A stretch of 64,000 bases of DNA from Gammaproteobacteria bacterium (GCA_965277715.1 OZ255836.1:352001-416000); one strand, 5' to 3'. Positions 8,301-17,125 are shown, counted from the stretch's first letter. Numbers and translations are program-made. The notes: generated by a model from the sequence alone, not told the origin.

Positions 8301-10349
8301 GATCGTAACACCGGGTGGTTGAACAGCATCAAAACTGGTATCGGCAACGATTTGCTGCGCAACCTGAGCTACAGCTACGACAAACGTTATAACGTCACCA
8401 GCCGACACGATACGCTGGCAGGTGTAAGTGAGCACTACGGCTACGATAGCCTGGATCGCCTGCAAAGCTGGCAATATAGCGATCCACAGCGGCAGTTGGC
8501 GCGCAGCTACAGCTACGATAGCCGAGGCAACATCACCCACAAGAGCGACGCGGGTTCGATGAGTTACGCGGCCAACAATCGTCTGCAAAGTCGGGTAGAC
8601 CCAACCGGAGCTAATCATACCTATCTTTACGACGCCAATGGCAATATGCAGTCGGGTGACGGCAGAAGTTACACCTGGACCAGTTTTAACAAAGTGGCAC
8701 GCGTCAGCCAGTCGGGCCACCAGGTCGATTACCGTTACGACAGCGAACAAAACCGCGTATCGCGTCAGGCTAATGGGCAGACCACCTACTACATCACCCC
8801 CGGTTTGGAGCTTGTGACCGAAACGGATGCCAACGGCGAGGTGATAAACCGTGCCAGACACAATATTTTTGTTGATGGTCAGGTCGTGGCTACCTACGAG
8901 AAGACGCTGGTGGGCACGACCGAAACGCCCGATAAGGTGGCCTATATTCACCGTGACGCCTTGGGTAGCGTCGATACGGTAACCGACAGCCACGGTAATG
9001 TGGTGATGCGCAATCAGTTTGCACCGTATGGTGAAAACCTGAGTGCGAACAAACCAAGCCCGGCGTTTAAACGACACGAGCTACGTGGTTACACCGGGCA
9101 CGAATCGGTAGCGGAAACTGGCTTAATTAATATGAATGCGCGTCTGTATGATCCGGTAATTGGGCGGTTTATCAGTGCCGACAGCGTGGTGCCTGAACCG
9201 GGTATGGGGATGGCGTATAACCGCTATATGTATGTGGTGGGGAATCCGCTGAAGTACAGTGACCCTACCGGGCACTGGTGGCACTTTGTCGTTGCGGCGG
9301 TGCTTTATGTTATCGGGTCCACTACGGATGACCCAACGATTCGCACGGTGAGTTTTGCTGTGGCCAGTGCGTTGTTGATAGCCAATCCTGTATTTTCGGC
9401 AAATACTGTTGTCAGTACGACCATAATAGAACCGGGCCTGGCAATCTCAACGACGTTAGGTGCGACTGGAGCAGCGGTAGCCAATGGTGCTTTGGTGGGG
9501 TTTGTGAACGGCTATTTCGCCAGCGGTGGTGATTTTGGTGCGGCGCTTCAGGGAGGGATTATTGGTGGTGTGAGTGGAGGGGTTACGGATCAAATAGGTC
9601 ATGGTGGCATTTTTACTGGAGAGAATGCGTGGTTTTCGCAGGCGTTGGCGCATGGGGTTTTTCAGGGATTGATTAGTGAAATTCAGGGAGGGGAGTTTCA
9701 GGCGGGGCTTGCCAGTGGGTTTGTTGCGAAGGTTGGGGGGCATTATTTAGAAGGTACAGCGCTGGATAATATAGCGGGTATATCTATTTTGGGTGGTTTG
9801 GCGAGTAAGGCGGCTGGAGGGGATTTTTTGCAGGGGGCAATTCAGGCGGCTTTTGTTTATATGTATAATGACAAGAATGCACAGAAGAGACCGAGTTATT
9901 CGAAAATGGAAAAGAACTATCCTAGTGGTGACGCGGAAGATGTCTTTGGTGCAGTTGGAGGTAAAGTAGCCATCAATGGAAAGATACCAGCTGATCAAGG
10001 TGGTTGGGAGAATTCCTGTACGGTTAGGATTTCCGTTTGCATGAATGCTAGTGGTGCTGATATTCCTTTTATGAAGGGAGAGACAAGTTCAGGGGCAAAT
10101 GGCAAATGGCATATTTATAGGGTTAAAACACTGGAAAGATATTTGACTGATATGTGGGGGGCTCCAGATATATTGAGTACGAATAAGGCCGATTTCTTTG
10201 GACATAAAGGCATAATTATTTTCGATACTATGGGGACTTGGGTCAATGCATCTGGTCATGCGACTCTATGGCATGGTTCAGGGACGGTTGATGGTAGCAA
10301 TTATTTTGATGAGTCTAGTCGAATTATGTTATGGGCTTTACCGGACTAG
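2349..10349 (+). CDS. Secreted SpvB/TcB-TcC-like RHS (YD-repeat) polymorphic toxin with FG-GAP repeats and C-terminal Tae4-like amidase
   Basis: Signal peptide (..PSLA/EE), SpvB-like start (YSLPLELPAG..PALSLNY..NGVFGLGF), seven D-x-N/D-x-DG FG-GAP repeats, many YD repeats, RHS core (RGYTGHE..MNARLYDPVIGRFISAD..NRYMYVVGNPLKYSDPTG), then a toxin tip with NSCTVRIS and SGHATLW. Confidence 0.92.
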   Translation: MYSFIKIIAKTLLTFAALLVIQITPSLAEEQLLVGKLSGDAEVRQGMLSYSLPLELPAGVHDMRPALSLNYQQGASNGVFGLGFALGGVSSIQRCAADEDNDGFQGAIRFDSNDRYCLNGQRLIVVAGTDGGNGSEYRLRYSPGTKVTAHGQQASGPEYWEVRSADGFIHRYGQGGDSIKLIAGKAQQWYLREQRDRFDNTLTYTYQNQNGLIQLKDIEYSSYTVEFVYQQRPDVMTSYQLGEATTQDNRLSRLQVKRQSQLIYEYRFGYSDSPDDAFIPPGIARDNSQTKLEHVARLRVQADSIDELIEERRSERAQHTDQLDEYSAQSADLEEKIQNAEDDATNKQNAATLYRSNALQLQQEAMQIYQQHTTTTTEAYPNPVPISVGDIMFFVHEHTNTTFNSSFWETAHEDKLAQSNSYMRLASSHEDLAQASTESAQGYSEAIAEIEAARTLPQHAAELANASISKLEASAASLRQQADTLEDDVATTLNQQVQTNTTSTASESRYSRLSKVTRCDAQGNCLAPLQFDYHSEPAEISAPSAIQQVLLAASDEPLTYVVGDLNKDGNNDLCYYEDGLYCSLNAGDGNFSTATKWTTALDPGAGGENWTNSNDDDRGEEEKLITLSLIDINRDAQPDYCLLGDNGIFCGINENGERFVDSSYKVSDLTIDNAVRFIDIDRDRWVDFCAFKEDGLYCARNLEGTSVTETVKVPGTDFGFLLEHAVSKTTTTIHKTKGDDRIETSTTTETSTTTETSKTPQPSRMDVNGDGYADICGLKRDPDSSDLDYQCALGHGYASVDGVEYPEFGSPEVWAASLPALSTTQEFIETRVLNRTFRHADINADGLADLCYRRGGDYMCRINTGAGFNAETSWFTFSGADWAESVWLPVIEASISLTDRNGDQLADFCTLVADEQKCAYSDGGAFTNYAARMPVLADYEIEDKSESLYLHSLKRLFGLKTHIHTVIMRAAYGPFKQVSDIDGDGYPDDCYRSHDGISCGIAVYQPLARLVSVTDGYGLRTDFNYSNLASPAVYTPESDAVSPLLDITPATLVINSIVSDNAIGGKNTLEFHYQGYKTHREDGAVGYHKIEKRNLTSGLTTLTEYSTDELLKGTPVRVTQHSNGQLISETASTHEEITDPLTGRERARVSYSVEHDYALDGSLIKTEETHYHAYNAFDQLLRLETVTRGADGIEYRQLTESNYLNDEAEWVLAKPLTIEVTHSVPGDTKKRATAFSYYPNGALRTETIQPGHPLALESTFSYNTEGNLTQTFIKGVESSETRTSSLGEYDVDGRPGLATNALGHTNRTQYHALCGLPVAQTDANGLSVLWEYDGACRKIKETLPDGQVTEWFYQWSDGADAGLDYQSLGLPLGDRSVYMITERNNTTGAWSRIYYDALDREVRTMHLDGNYKYVITDKVYNHRGQIAAATLPYFEGHFPGDNTFWSTIEYDQLGRQLAQHMPSSDGPITTRYEYQGLTTTVIEPNDYRKVTVSDVRDNPVSIDENGASTVSYQYDALGNAIQTNSNGYITTLEYDQLGNKIAMSDPSMGRWEYRYNAFGELIYQKDAKGQEVVLQYDVLGRKTASQQVDGNYHWRYDSAENGLGQLSEREGPESLRRYTYDDLARPDSETLNIDGRRFTTRNSYDQASRIDKVEHADGVVLEHDYTLDGNLKRVSIPKSVIWDYDYLQIEDAFRAILQRIAGLESIATEYESRAGHYAGQLEKFRTLANQLYAQQATTLTETQQIQAGIAELEAALRHAQDRASNYRTTADVAWQAFGSNYLEYQRTTNGYHLYSNTECTNSNWKRHCKNRNSFHQWIEANLIQDTDNCTSYVRRLGKSQDFAEITVTHCVWGPKSRINVSEVYLQAASQWQSEADAIAEQLDDSNAQLAHFDGVADEYGALASNYMALATIYADMARRQTDMLAAISTELEDLRNAAQELETVLGDDTQDDKTVLLWASTSRDAAGRLQGELYGNGLLTRREFDRNTGWLNSIKTGIGNDLLRNLSYSYDKRYNVTSRHDTLAGVSEHYGYDSLDRLQSWQYSDPQRQLARSYSYDSRGNITHKSDAGSMSYAANNRLQSRVDPTGANHTYLYDANGNMQSGDGRSYTWTSFNKVARVSQSGHQVDYRYDSEQNRVSRQANGQTTYYITPGLELVTETDANGEVINRARHNIFVDGQVVATYEKTLVGTTETPDKVAYIHRDALGSVDTVTDSHGNVVMRNQFAPYGENLSANKPSPAFKRHELRGYTGHESVAETGLINMNARLYDPVIGRFISADSVVPEPGMGMAYNRYMYVVGNPLKYSDPTGHWWHFVVAAVLYVIGSTTDDPTIRTVSFAVASALLIANPVFSANTVVSTTIIEPGLAISTTLGATGAAVANGALVGFVNGYFASGGDFGAALQGGIIGGVSGGVTDQIGHGGIFTGENAWFSQALAHGVFQGLISEIQGGEFQAGLASGFVAKVGGHYLEGTALDNIAGISILGGLASKAAGGDFLQGAIQAAFVYMYNDKNAQKRPSYSKMEKNYPSGDAEDVFGAVGGKVAINGKIPADQGGWENSCTVRISVCMNASGADIPFMKGETSSGANGKWHIYRVKTLERYLTDMWGAPDILSTNKADFFGHKGIIIFDTMGTWVNASGHATLWHGSGTVDGSNYFDESSRIMLWALPD
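4575..4620 (+). repeat. 18-bp in-frame tandem repeat (GAAACCAGCACCACAACC, ~2.5 copies; ETSTTT)
   Basis: Directly visible in the sequence. Confidence 0.85.
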
Positions 10350-10354
10350 TAAGT

Positions 10355-11002
10355 ATGGTTTTTTTTAAAGAGGTAAAAAGGAAGCTGATCGCTGTGCTGT
10401 TATTTCTTTTTTTGAGTTCTATAGGCGCTGTGCTCCATGCAGAGGTAGAAAAGGAGTACATTGAAGAGCTTGGGCAGACTCACTATAGCTACAAAAAAGG
10501 TAACTGTTTTTTTAAACTTATTTCTTTTGATTCTAGTTCGATTAATTCTAATATTTTAAATGTACGACGTTCTTGTTCATTTGGAGCTGTAGAGCAAGCG
10601 GGTTTGTTTGGTGTATTATTTTCTGAGATGAAACTGGATGGAAAGGTTGATCTAATTAATAGGATATCTTGGGGGAAAGTATCAAATTATGAAATAATAA
10701 AAAGACTGGCTGTGTCGGCAGTTAATTCATCGAGCTGGCGTGTTATTACTGGAAATAATACAAAGAAAATACTTGCTAAAAATATTCCAGAGGTGGCTAA
10801 TATTTTAAACAACTCATTGGTTTTTCGAGAGTTGGTTAATATATCAAGAGCACTCGGTTTTCAATTAAGTGTGAAATCAACCGAAGGTATTTTGGTTGCT
10901 AGAGTGGAAGAGATTGATGAATTTTCTGAGTTGATTTTACCTAAAGAATCTATAGTGCCATTTTCTGTAAATGTCTGGTTTTCCATTAGTGTTCTTGAAT
11001 AA
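10355..11002 (+). CDS. Putative exported immunity protein for the RHS tip toxin
   Basis: Begins 5 bp after the toxin stop, is AT-rich like the toxin tip, and has a Sec-type signal peptide (KRKLIAVLLFLFLSSIGAVLHA/E). Confidence 0.7.
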   Translation: MVFFKEVKRKLIAVLLFLFLSSIGAVLHAEVEKEYIEELGQTHYSYKKGNCFFKLISFDSSSINSNILNVRRSCSFGAVEQAGLFGVLFSEMKLDGKVDLINRISWGKVSNYEIIKRLAVSAVNSSSWRVITGNNTKKILAKNIPEVANILNNSLVFRELVNISRALGFQLSVKSTEGILVARVEEIDEFSELILPKESIVPFSVNVWFSISVLE

Positions 11003-11172
11003 AAAAATTTAAGCCATTGGCGAAGAAAGATAGGACAGATACTGTATTAATTGTAGCGTGCCATTTTCTGATCGTATAAATTCCCAAATCATTTATCATG
11101 ATGTTTTTCATTTTTCCGACATTTTTGCCACACTCTGATCATAACAAAAAATATTTTTACCATATTAAAACC

Positions 11173-11257
11173 GGTTCCTCCCCGGTTTGTGTGAGGTTAT
11201 AGTATTTCATCCCCCTTTGCTATTGAGAGGCTCCGGTGCTATCGAGCCTTGAAGAAC
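11173..11257 (+). mobile_element. 85-bp left-end remnant of the same ISL3, cut by IS66
   Basis: Matches 219-303 with 2 mismatches and is followed directly by the IS66 IR GTAAGCGCC. Confidence 0.92.
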
Positions 11258-11343
11258 GTAAGCGCCAAAGAATAGGCGTCTACCAAATAGTCTGATCCTC
11301 CTTCACACTGCACCACAGCAATCCAATACCCGCTAGGTGTAAT

Positions 11344-11661
11344 ATGAGTAATAAAGAACGTGCGTTGTACTGGCGCAATCAAATTGAACAATGGCAAGCA
11401 TCCGGTTTGAGTGGTGCGCAGTTTTGCCAGGATAACGGCATCAACTTGAAGCAGTTTTACTATTGGAGCCGTAAATGTTCGCGTAAAACTATTCAAGCAG
11501 TGCAGAGTAACATGCCTGTAGCAGGCTTTACCCAAGTGATGGTGGCTGATAGGCAAAGGGCTGATCCGGGTTTGTGTTTTACGCTGGCCAATGGCTGTGC
11601 CATTTCTGGCATTACCGCCGCTAATGTGACGTTAGTTAGCGCGTTACTGGCGCAGTTATGA
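11344..11661 (+). CDS. tnpA: IS66 accessory protein TnpA
   Basis: W..QIEQWQASGLSGAQFC...FYYW HTH pattern; first ORF of the IS66. Confidence 0.88.
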   Translation: MSNKERALYWRNQIEQWQASGLSGAQFCQDNGINLKQFYYWSRKCSRKTIQAVQSNMPVAGFTQVMVADRQRADPGLCFTLANGCAISGITAANVTLVSALLAQL

Positions 11662-12026
11662 CGGCCCGTTATTTGCGGCCATCGCTCGATGTTCCAAAGG
11701 TGTTTTTATACCGAGAGGCGGTGGACTTTCGTAAGCAAAGCAATGGCCTTGTGGCCATTGTTGAGCGAGAACTTGGCCACAACCTGTTTGATGGTGGCCT
11801 ATATGTGTTCACCAACAGGCACCGCAACAAAATCAAATGTCTGATGTGGGAGGACAACGGTTTTGTACTGTATTACAAAGCCTTGGCCGAAGAGCAATTT
11901 AAGTGGCCTGATCTCGATGAGGAAATCATTTCACTGACCGGCACAAAAATAAATTGGTTGCTTGATGGCTATGATTTAGCCGCAATGAAAGGCCACAAAG
12001 TATTGCATTACGAATCTGTTTTTTAG
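11658..12026 (+). CDS. tnpB: IS66 accessory protein TnpB
   Basis: VDFRK..NGL, YVFTNR..KIKCLMWEDNGFVLYYK.L...FKWP, WLLDG. Confidence 0.93.
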   Translation: MTARYLRPSLDVPKVFLYREAVDFRKQSNGLVAIVERELGHNLFDGGLYVFTNRHRNKIKCLMWEDNGFVLYYKALAEEQFKWPDLDEEIISLTGTKINWLLDGYDLAAMKGHKVLHYESVF

Positions 12027-12093
12027 CCTGCTAAAGGGTGAAAAAGTGTTTGATTTTAATGATCTTTAGACAGCTATTTGGTATTATTACGCG

Positions 12094-13385
12094 ATGGTTT
12101 TGGCATCGGAAATTCAACAAAAACAACGCAATTACACCGGCTTAACGGCTGCTGAATTAGTGACCGTGCTGGCAGAAAAAGAAGCCGAATTAGCGCACCA
12201 TAACCAAATTATTCAACGTCATAAAAACACTATTCGACGTCACACAAACAGCATTAAAAACCGCGATCACTACATTCGTTTGCTGGAAGAACGGTTGCGT
12301 CTTTCCAAGGTTCAGAGGTTCGGTGCTAACAGCGAAAAGCTTGCCTTCCAGATTGACTTGTTTGATGAAGCGGAACTCGAACAAGCCATTGTCGACATTG
12401 ATAGCCAGCTACCGGATGAGTTGCTACCTCAGCCTACGGTCACGAACAAGAAAAAACGTCAACGCGGCTTCTCCAACCACTTACCCCGTGTGCGCGTTGA
12501 GCTGGCCTTAAGCGATGAGGAAAAAGCAGGTGCTACACGTACTTTCTTCGTTAAAGTCAAAGAAGAACTCCAATACATTCCCGCACAACTCAACGTTTTA
12601 GAGTACTGGCAAGAAAAGGCCGTCTTCAGCTACGCAGGTGATGACCACATCATCGCCGCACAACGCCCCATACACCCTTTGGGTAAGTGCTTTGCCAGCA
12701 CGGCCTTGCTCGCCAACATCATGGTGTCCAAATACGCCGATGGGTTGCCCTTGTAGGGTATAACGGGGTGTGCGAGCAGCAAAATCTGACACGTATCGGT
12801 TGCTGGGATCATGTGCGCCGAAAATTCATTGATGCCATTAAAGCCGCCGATAAAGCAAACACGAAAAAACCCCGTGCCTCGAAAGCCGATGTCGCCATCG
12901 GTAAAATCCGCAAGCTCTATCTCATTGAGAAAAAGATACAAGCGCTTGAACCCGCAGAAAAACAAACACTTCGCCAAGCACTCAGCCAACCGGTGTTGGA
13001 AGACTTCAAACAATGGCTGGATAAGCATATTACTAAGGTGGCTAAAAAGTCCCTTACGCGTAACGCCATGGACTATGCACTGAATCAATGGCATACCCTC
13101 ACAGGCTACTGTGATGATGGACGGTTACACATCAGCAACGTGCTGGCTGAAAATGCCATTAGGCCTTTTGCCGTGGGTAGAAAAGCCTGGTTGTTTGCCG
13201 ATTCAACCCGTGGCGCCCATGCCAGTGCCACATGTTACTCATTGATCGAAACGGCCAAAGCTAATGGTCTTGAACCCTATGCGTACATACTGCACGTCCT
13301 TAATCATATCGGTAGTGCCGATACTCTTGAAAAGATAGAGGCCTTGCTACCTTGGCATGTCGTTTTGGACATTACCTTGGAATAA
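12094..13385 (+). pseudogene. tnpC: IS66 transposase TnpC, internal deletion plus frameshift near 12755
   Basis: The N-part ends at KYADGLPL* and the C-part resumes in another frame at GYNGVC..CWDHVRRKF..ISNVLAENAIRPFAVGRKAWLF. The segment carrying the first catalytic Asp (DET motif) is absent. Confidence 0.88.
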
Positions 13386-13528
13386 AGGCTGTGATTTAAG
13401 GGCGCTTACGTTGAATCGTAGCGAGGGCATCTTCAGTGCATTAGGTGCTCACAAAAGCAGTGAAGCTAATACGATCAGAATGTGGTGGAAAAACGACGGT
13501 CTGAGGAAGGAATCGAGGCATCAAATAA

Positions 13529-13605
13529 TGGCGCCCCGAAGAGGATTCGAACCTCTGACCTTCCGCTTAGGAGGCGGACGCTCTATCCAGCTGAGCTACC
13601 GGGGC
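13529..13605 (-). tRNA. tRNA-Arg(CCT)
   Basis: Reverse complement GCCCCGGTAGCTCAGCTGGATAGAGCGTCCGCCT-CCT-AAGCGGAAGGTCAGAGGTTCGAATCCTCTTCGGGGCGCCA folds as a 77-nt cloverleaf with CCA end. Confidence 0.96.
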
Positions 13606-13705
13606 TTTAGGTGTTTGTAGTGTAGACGATCATGGTTTGTGTTGGTACTACTTCAGGTGTTGTGTTGAAGTACGCCTGCTAAACTGACCGTTAGCCCAGT
13701 GATGC

Positions 13706-14563
13706 CTATGCTCGCCGCCAACCAAAACTAACCCGCTCTAATTTTTGCAAATCGCGTTGAGACTGCACGCCGATAAACCCCTGTTGTTGGAATATCGCCC
13801 TAACCGTTCTTCCTTGATTAAAGCTGTGCTCGACGGCCAATACTCCCTTGTTCGCCAGAAAAGGCATGGCGTTGACGACAATATGGCGAATGGCGTCCAG
13901 GCCATCGTGGCCACTAACCAATGCATTGCGCGGTTCATGCATTACGTCACCAGCATCCAGGTGTCTGTCTCCCTGGGCGATATACGGCGGGTTGCTGAGG
14001 ATGATGTCGAAACGATCATCGGCCAGTGCGCTGAACCAATCACTGAGTAAAAAACGCACATTACTGATACCGAGCGACTGGGCATTTTGCCGGGCGATGA
14101 ACAGGGCCTCTGCTGAGTTATCACAGGCGCAGATGTTGGTTTGTGGGCACTCTGTGGCAATGGCCAGTGCAATAGCGCCACTACCTGTGCCGAGATCAAG
14201 AATGCGCCGGGTTGACTGTACGCCCGGTTGTGCCTGTAGGTGGTTTAGCGCAACCGCTACCAATAGCTCGGTTTCCGGGCGTGGGATTAGGGTGTCCTGC
14301 GATACCTGTAGAGGCAGCGACCAGAACTCTTGTTTGCCGATCAGGTAGGCGATTGGCTGGCCTTTTTTGCGCTGCGCAATGAGCGTATCAAAGTGGTGCT
14401 GTTGTTCGGTGTTGAGTGTTTTTTCAGGCCATGCAAACAGGTGGCTGCGCGGTTTATCGAGCACATGCGCAAGCAGAATTTCTGCCTCCAGGCGCGGGTT
14501 GTCGCTGCCGAGTGTGGTAGTCGCCGTTTGCAGGGCAACGGCGATGCAGTGTAAATCAATCAC
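13706..14563 (-). CDS. prmC: Release factor glutamine methyltransferase
   Basis: [19 protein letters not shown] and NPPY motifs; downstream of prfA. Confidence 0.96.
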   Translation of the reverse strand: MIDLHCIAVALQTATTTLGSDNPRLEAEILLAHVLDKPRSHLFAWPEKTLNTEQQHHFDTLIAQRKKGQPIAYLIGKQEFWSLPLQVSQDTLIPRPETELLVAVALNHLQAQPGVQSTRRILDLGTGSGAIALAIATECPQTNICACDNSAEALFIARQNAQSLGISNVRFLLSDWFSALADDRFDIILSNPPYIAQGDRHLDAGDVMHEPRNALVSGHDGLDAIRHIVVNAMPFLANKGVLAVEHSFNQGRTVRAIFQQQGFIGVQSQRDLQKLERVSFGWRRA

Positions 14564-15638
14564 CCAGTTCGGCGAGCAGGTCGGCCTGGTGTTCGGTGAC
14601 CAGGGGGGATACTACCTGGTCGAGGCCACCGAGCATAATCTCGTCCAGCTTATAGAGGGTTAAGTTGATGCGGTGGTCGGTAAGGCGGCCCTGGGGATAG
14701 TTGTAAGTACGGATGCGCTCCGAGCGGTCACCTGAACCGACTTGTAGGCGGCGCGATTCTGATTGTTCGGCTTGTTGCCGGGACACCTCGACATCGAGCA
14801 GGCGCGCCTGCAATAAGGACATGGCGCGTGCGCGGTTCTTGTGTTGACTGCGTTCGTCCTGGCACTCGACTACTATGCCGCTGGGTGTGTGGGTAATACG
14901 GATGGCCGAATCGGTTTTATTGACGTGCTGACCCCCCGCACCGGAAGCGCGAAATGTATTGATACGCAGATCCGCAGGGTTGAGGTCGATTGCCTCAACA
15001 TCTTCAACTTCAGGCAAAATTGCAACGGTGGCCGCTGAGGTGTGCACACGACCCTGTGACTCTGTTTCGGGTACACGCTGTACGCGGTGCGCGCCGGATT
15101 CAAACTTTAACTTTGAGTAAGCCCCCTGGCCGATTAGCCGTGCAATCACTTCTTTATAACCACCGTGGTCACCTTCGCGCTCATTGAGTAATTCGACTTT
15201 CCAGCCAAGGCTTTCTGCATAGCGGGTGTACATACGCATCAGATCGCCGGCAAAAATTGCCGCTTCATCACCGCCTGTACCGGCGCGAATTTCCAGAAAT
15301 ACATTGTTATCATCGCGTGGGTCCCTAGGTAATAGCAGTTTTTGCAGCGCTTGCTCAAGCGATTCTATTGTGTGCTTTGCACTGTCTATTTCCTCTTCTG
15401 CCATGGCGCGCATATCTGTGTCACTGTCCTGTGCCATTTCCCGTGCCGCTTCGAGATCGGCCTCGGCGGCGCGAAATTTTTGGTAGTTATCGACCGCTGG
15501 CTCCAGGTGCGCGTACTCGCGTGATAAATCGCGAAACTGGTTTTGGTTGGCGATAACCTCAGCCTGCCCAAGCAGCATCGCGATTTCTTCGTGGCGTGCA
15601 CTGACGTTTTCAAGTTTTTGACGAATTGAATCTTTCAC
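14556..15638 (-). CDS. prfA: Peptide chain release factor 1
   Basis: GAGGQHVN (GGQ), PET motif, in the hemA-prfA-prmC operon. Confidence 0.98.
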   Translation of the reverse strand: MKDSIRQKLENVSARHEEIAMLLGQAEVIANQNQFRDLSREYAHLEPAVDNYQKFRAAEADLEAAREMAQDSDTDMRAMAEEEIDSAKHTIESLEQALQKLLLPRDPRDDNNVFLEIRAGTGGDEAAIFAGDLMRMYTRYAESLGWKVELLNEREGDHGGYKEVIARLIGQGAYSKLKFESGAHRVQRVPETESQGRVHTSAATVAILPEVEDVEAIDLNPADLRINTFRASGAGGQHVNKTDSAIRITHTPSGIVVECQDERSQHKNRARAMSLLQARLLDVEVSRQQAEQSESRRLQVGSGDRSERIRTYNYPQGRLTDHRINLTLYKLDEIMLGGLDQVVSPLVTEHQADLLAELGD

Positions 15639-15657
15639 TTACAGAGTCTTTACCCGG

Positions 15658-16911
15658 TTAGGTCGTAAATTTAAACAGCGTTCGCGCAGCCGTCAGTATG
15701 GTTTCGTCACCCTCTTCAGCGGCTGTGCGCAATTGCGTAGAAGGGCCGTGCAGCAATTTATTACTTAGCCTGTGCGCCAACGCATCAATAACCGCCTCGG
15801 GTGGCTTGCCTGCGAGAAGGGCTTTTTTGGCTTTTTCGATTTCTGTTTGTTTTATACCATCGGCGTAGTGGCGATAGTTGCGAATAATATCGGCTGATGC
15901 GAGCGAACGCGTCTGGCGCATAAACACATCGACCTGTGAGTCGATAATCTGCTCTGCCTGAGCGGCGGCATCAAGCCGTTTTTGCTGACCTTCCAGCACG
16001 ACCTTGTGCAAATCGTCAACTGCGTATAAAAAGACATCTTCCAACTCACCAACCTGCGGCTCAATATCACGGGGCACGGCGAGGTCAATCATGAAAATCA
16101 TACGGTGTTTGCGTGCCTTGAGTGCCTGCTCGACAGCACCTTTACCTAAAATAGGTAGCTGGCTGGCGGTTGACGATACCACGATATCGGCGTGCTCAAG
16201 CAATGCGGGTATCTGTTTGATCTCGACGGCACTGGCGGCGAACTGCTTGGCCAGTGTGGTGGCGCGGTCAATACTGCGGTTGGCAATAATCATTTTGCCA
16301 ATACCCTGTGCCCGTAAATGGCGGGCGGTCAGTTCAATGGTTTCGCCCGCGCCGATTAGCAAGGCTGTCCGGTCATCCAGTTTACTGAAAATTTGCCTGG
16401 CCAGGGTGACCGCTGCAAAGGCGACAGATACCGGGCTGCTGCCGATGGCGGTGTCGGTGCGCACTTGCTTGGCGACGCGAAAAGCGTGCTGAAATAGTTG
16501 TGTTAAGCGGTTGCCCAGCGTGCCGAGACGGCTGGCTTCGGTAAATGCCTGTTTGATCTGGCCGAGGATTTGTGGCTCGCCCAGTACCATTGAATCCAGC
16601 CCGCAGGATACTCTTAGCAGATGGTGAACTGCGTCACGATTTTCTCTCTGGACAAGGTACGGTGCGAAGTGACTGGGGGGGCGTCGATGGTAGTTGTGAA
16701 ACCATTGTGCGATCTTGTGCTCAGAACCACTCTCCAGCCCGCAGTATATTTCCGTTCGGTTGCAGGTAGAAACAATCGCCGCCTCGTGGACGCCGTCGAC
16801 CAATTTGAGCTCGCTGAGTGGCTCATACAACGACTCACCGACAAACGCGACTTGCTCGCGCACGTCGACAGGGGCAGTATTGTGGTTGAGTCCAAGAGCG
16901 ATAATAGGCAT
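15658..16911 (-). CDS. hemA: Glutamyl-tRNA reductase
   Basis: STCNRTE, GLDSMVLGEPQILGQ, GAGE and DLAVPRDI. The start could be 16917. Confidence 0.97.
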   Translation of the reverse strand: MPIIALGLNHNTAPVDVREQVAFVGESLYEPLSELKLVDGVHEAAIVSTCNRTEIYCGLESGSEHKIAQWFHNYHRRPPSHFAPYLVQRENRDAVHHLLRVSCGLDSMVLGEPQILGQIKQAFTEASRLGTLGNRLTQLFQHAFRVAKQVRTDTAIGSSPVSVAFAAVTLARQIFSKLDDRTALLIGAGETIELTARHLRAQGIGKMIIANRSIDRATTLAKQFAASAVEIKQIPALLEHADIVVSSTASQLPILGKGAVEQALKARKHRMIFMIDLAVPRDIEPQVGELEDVFLYAVDDLHKVVLEGQQKRLDAAAQAEQIIDSQVDVFMRQTRSLASADIIRNYRHYADGIKQTEIEKAKKALLAGKPPEAVIDALAHRLSNKLLHGPSTQLRTAAEEGDETILTAARTLFKFTT

Positions 16912-17125
16912 AACCATTTATTTTATCAGAACATTGCGCAGTATTTTTATTTTACGGTTTTATGGTGTTGGTATCTTGGCAATGGCGGCTAATGCGCCTA
17001 GAGTTGTGATCAGTAGCTTGTGATTAATGCAGACAGAATTACGATACTGAAACAGCGCGGTGGTGTAATCTGTGAATAATGAAGTGGCAATTTGCTGTTT
17101 AGAAGATAACGTTTAAGAGATTGGA

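Larger units (their letters stand above)
11258..13409 (+). mobile_element. IS66-family element with internally deleted tnpC
   Basis: IRs GTAAGCGCC (11258) and GGCGCTTAC (ending 13409) enclose tnpA-tnpB-tnpC. Confidence 0.92.

Noticed and set aside
6519-9077. Antisense ORFs of 272 and 286 aa within the RHS gene
   Set aside because: Shadow ORFs of a strongly supported sense gene.
12750-12765. Programmed frameshift or readthrough in IS66 tnpC
   Set aside because: A catalytic segment is missing at the junction, so it is a deletion, and there is no slippery site.
13357-13620. 87-aa ORF after IS66
   Set aside because: It spans the IS end and the antisense strand of tRNA-Arg.
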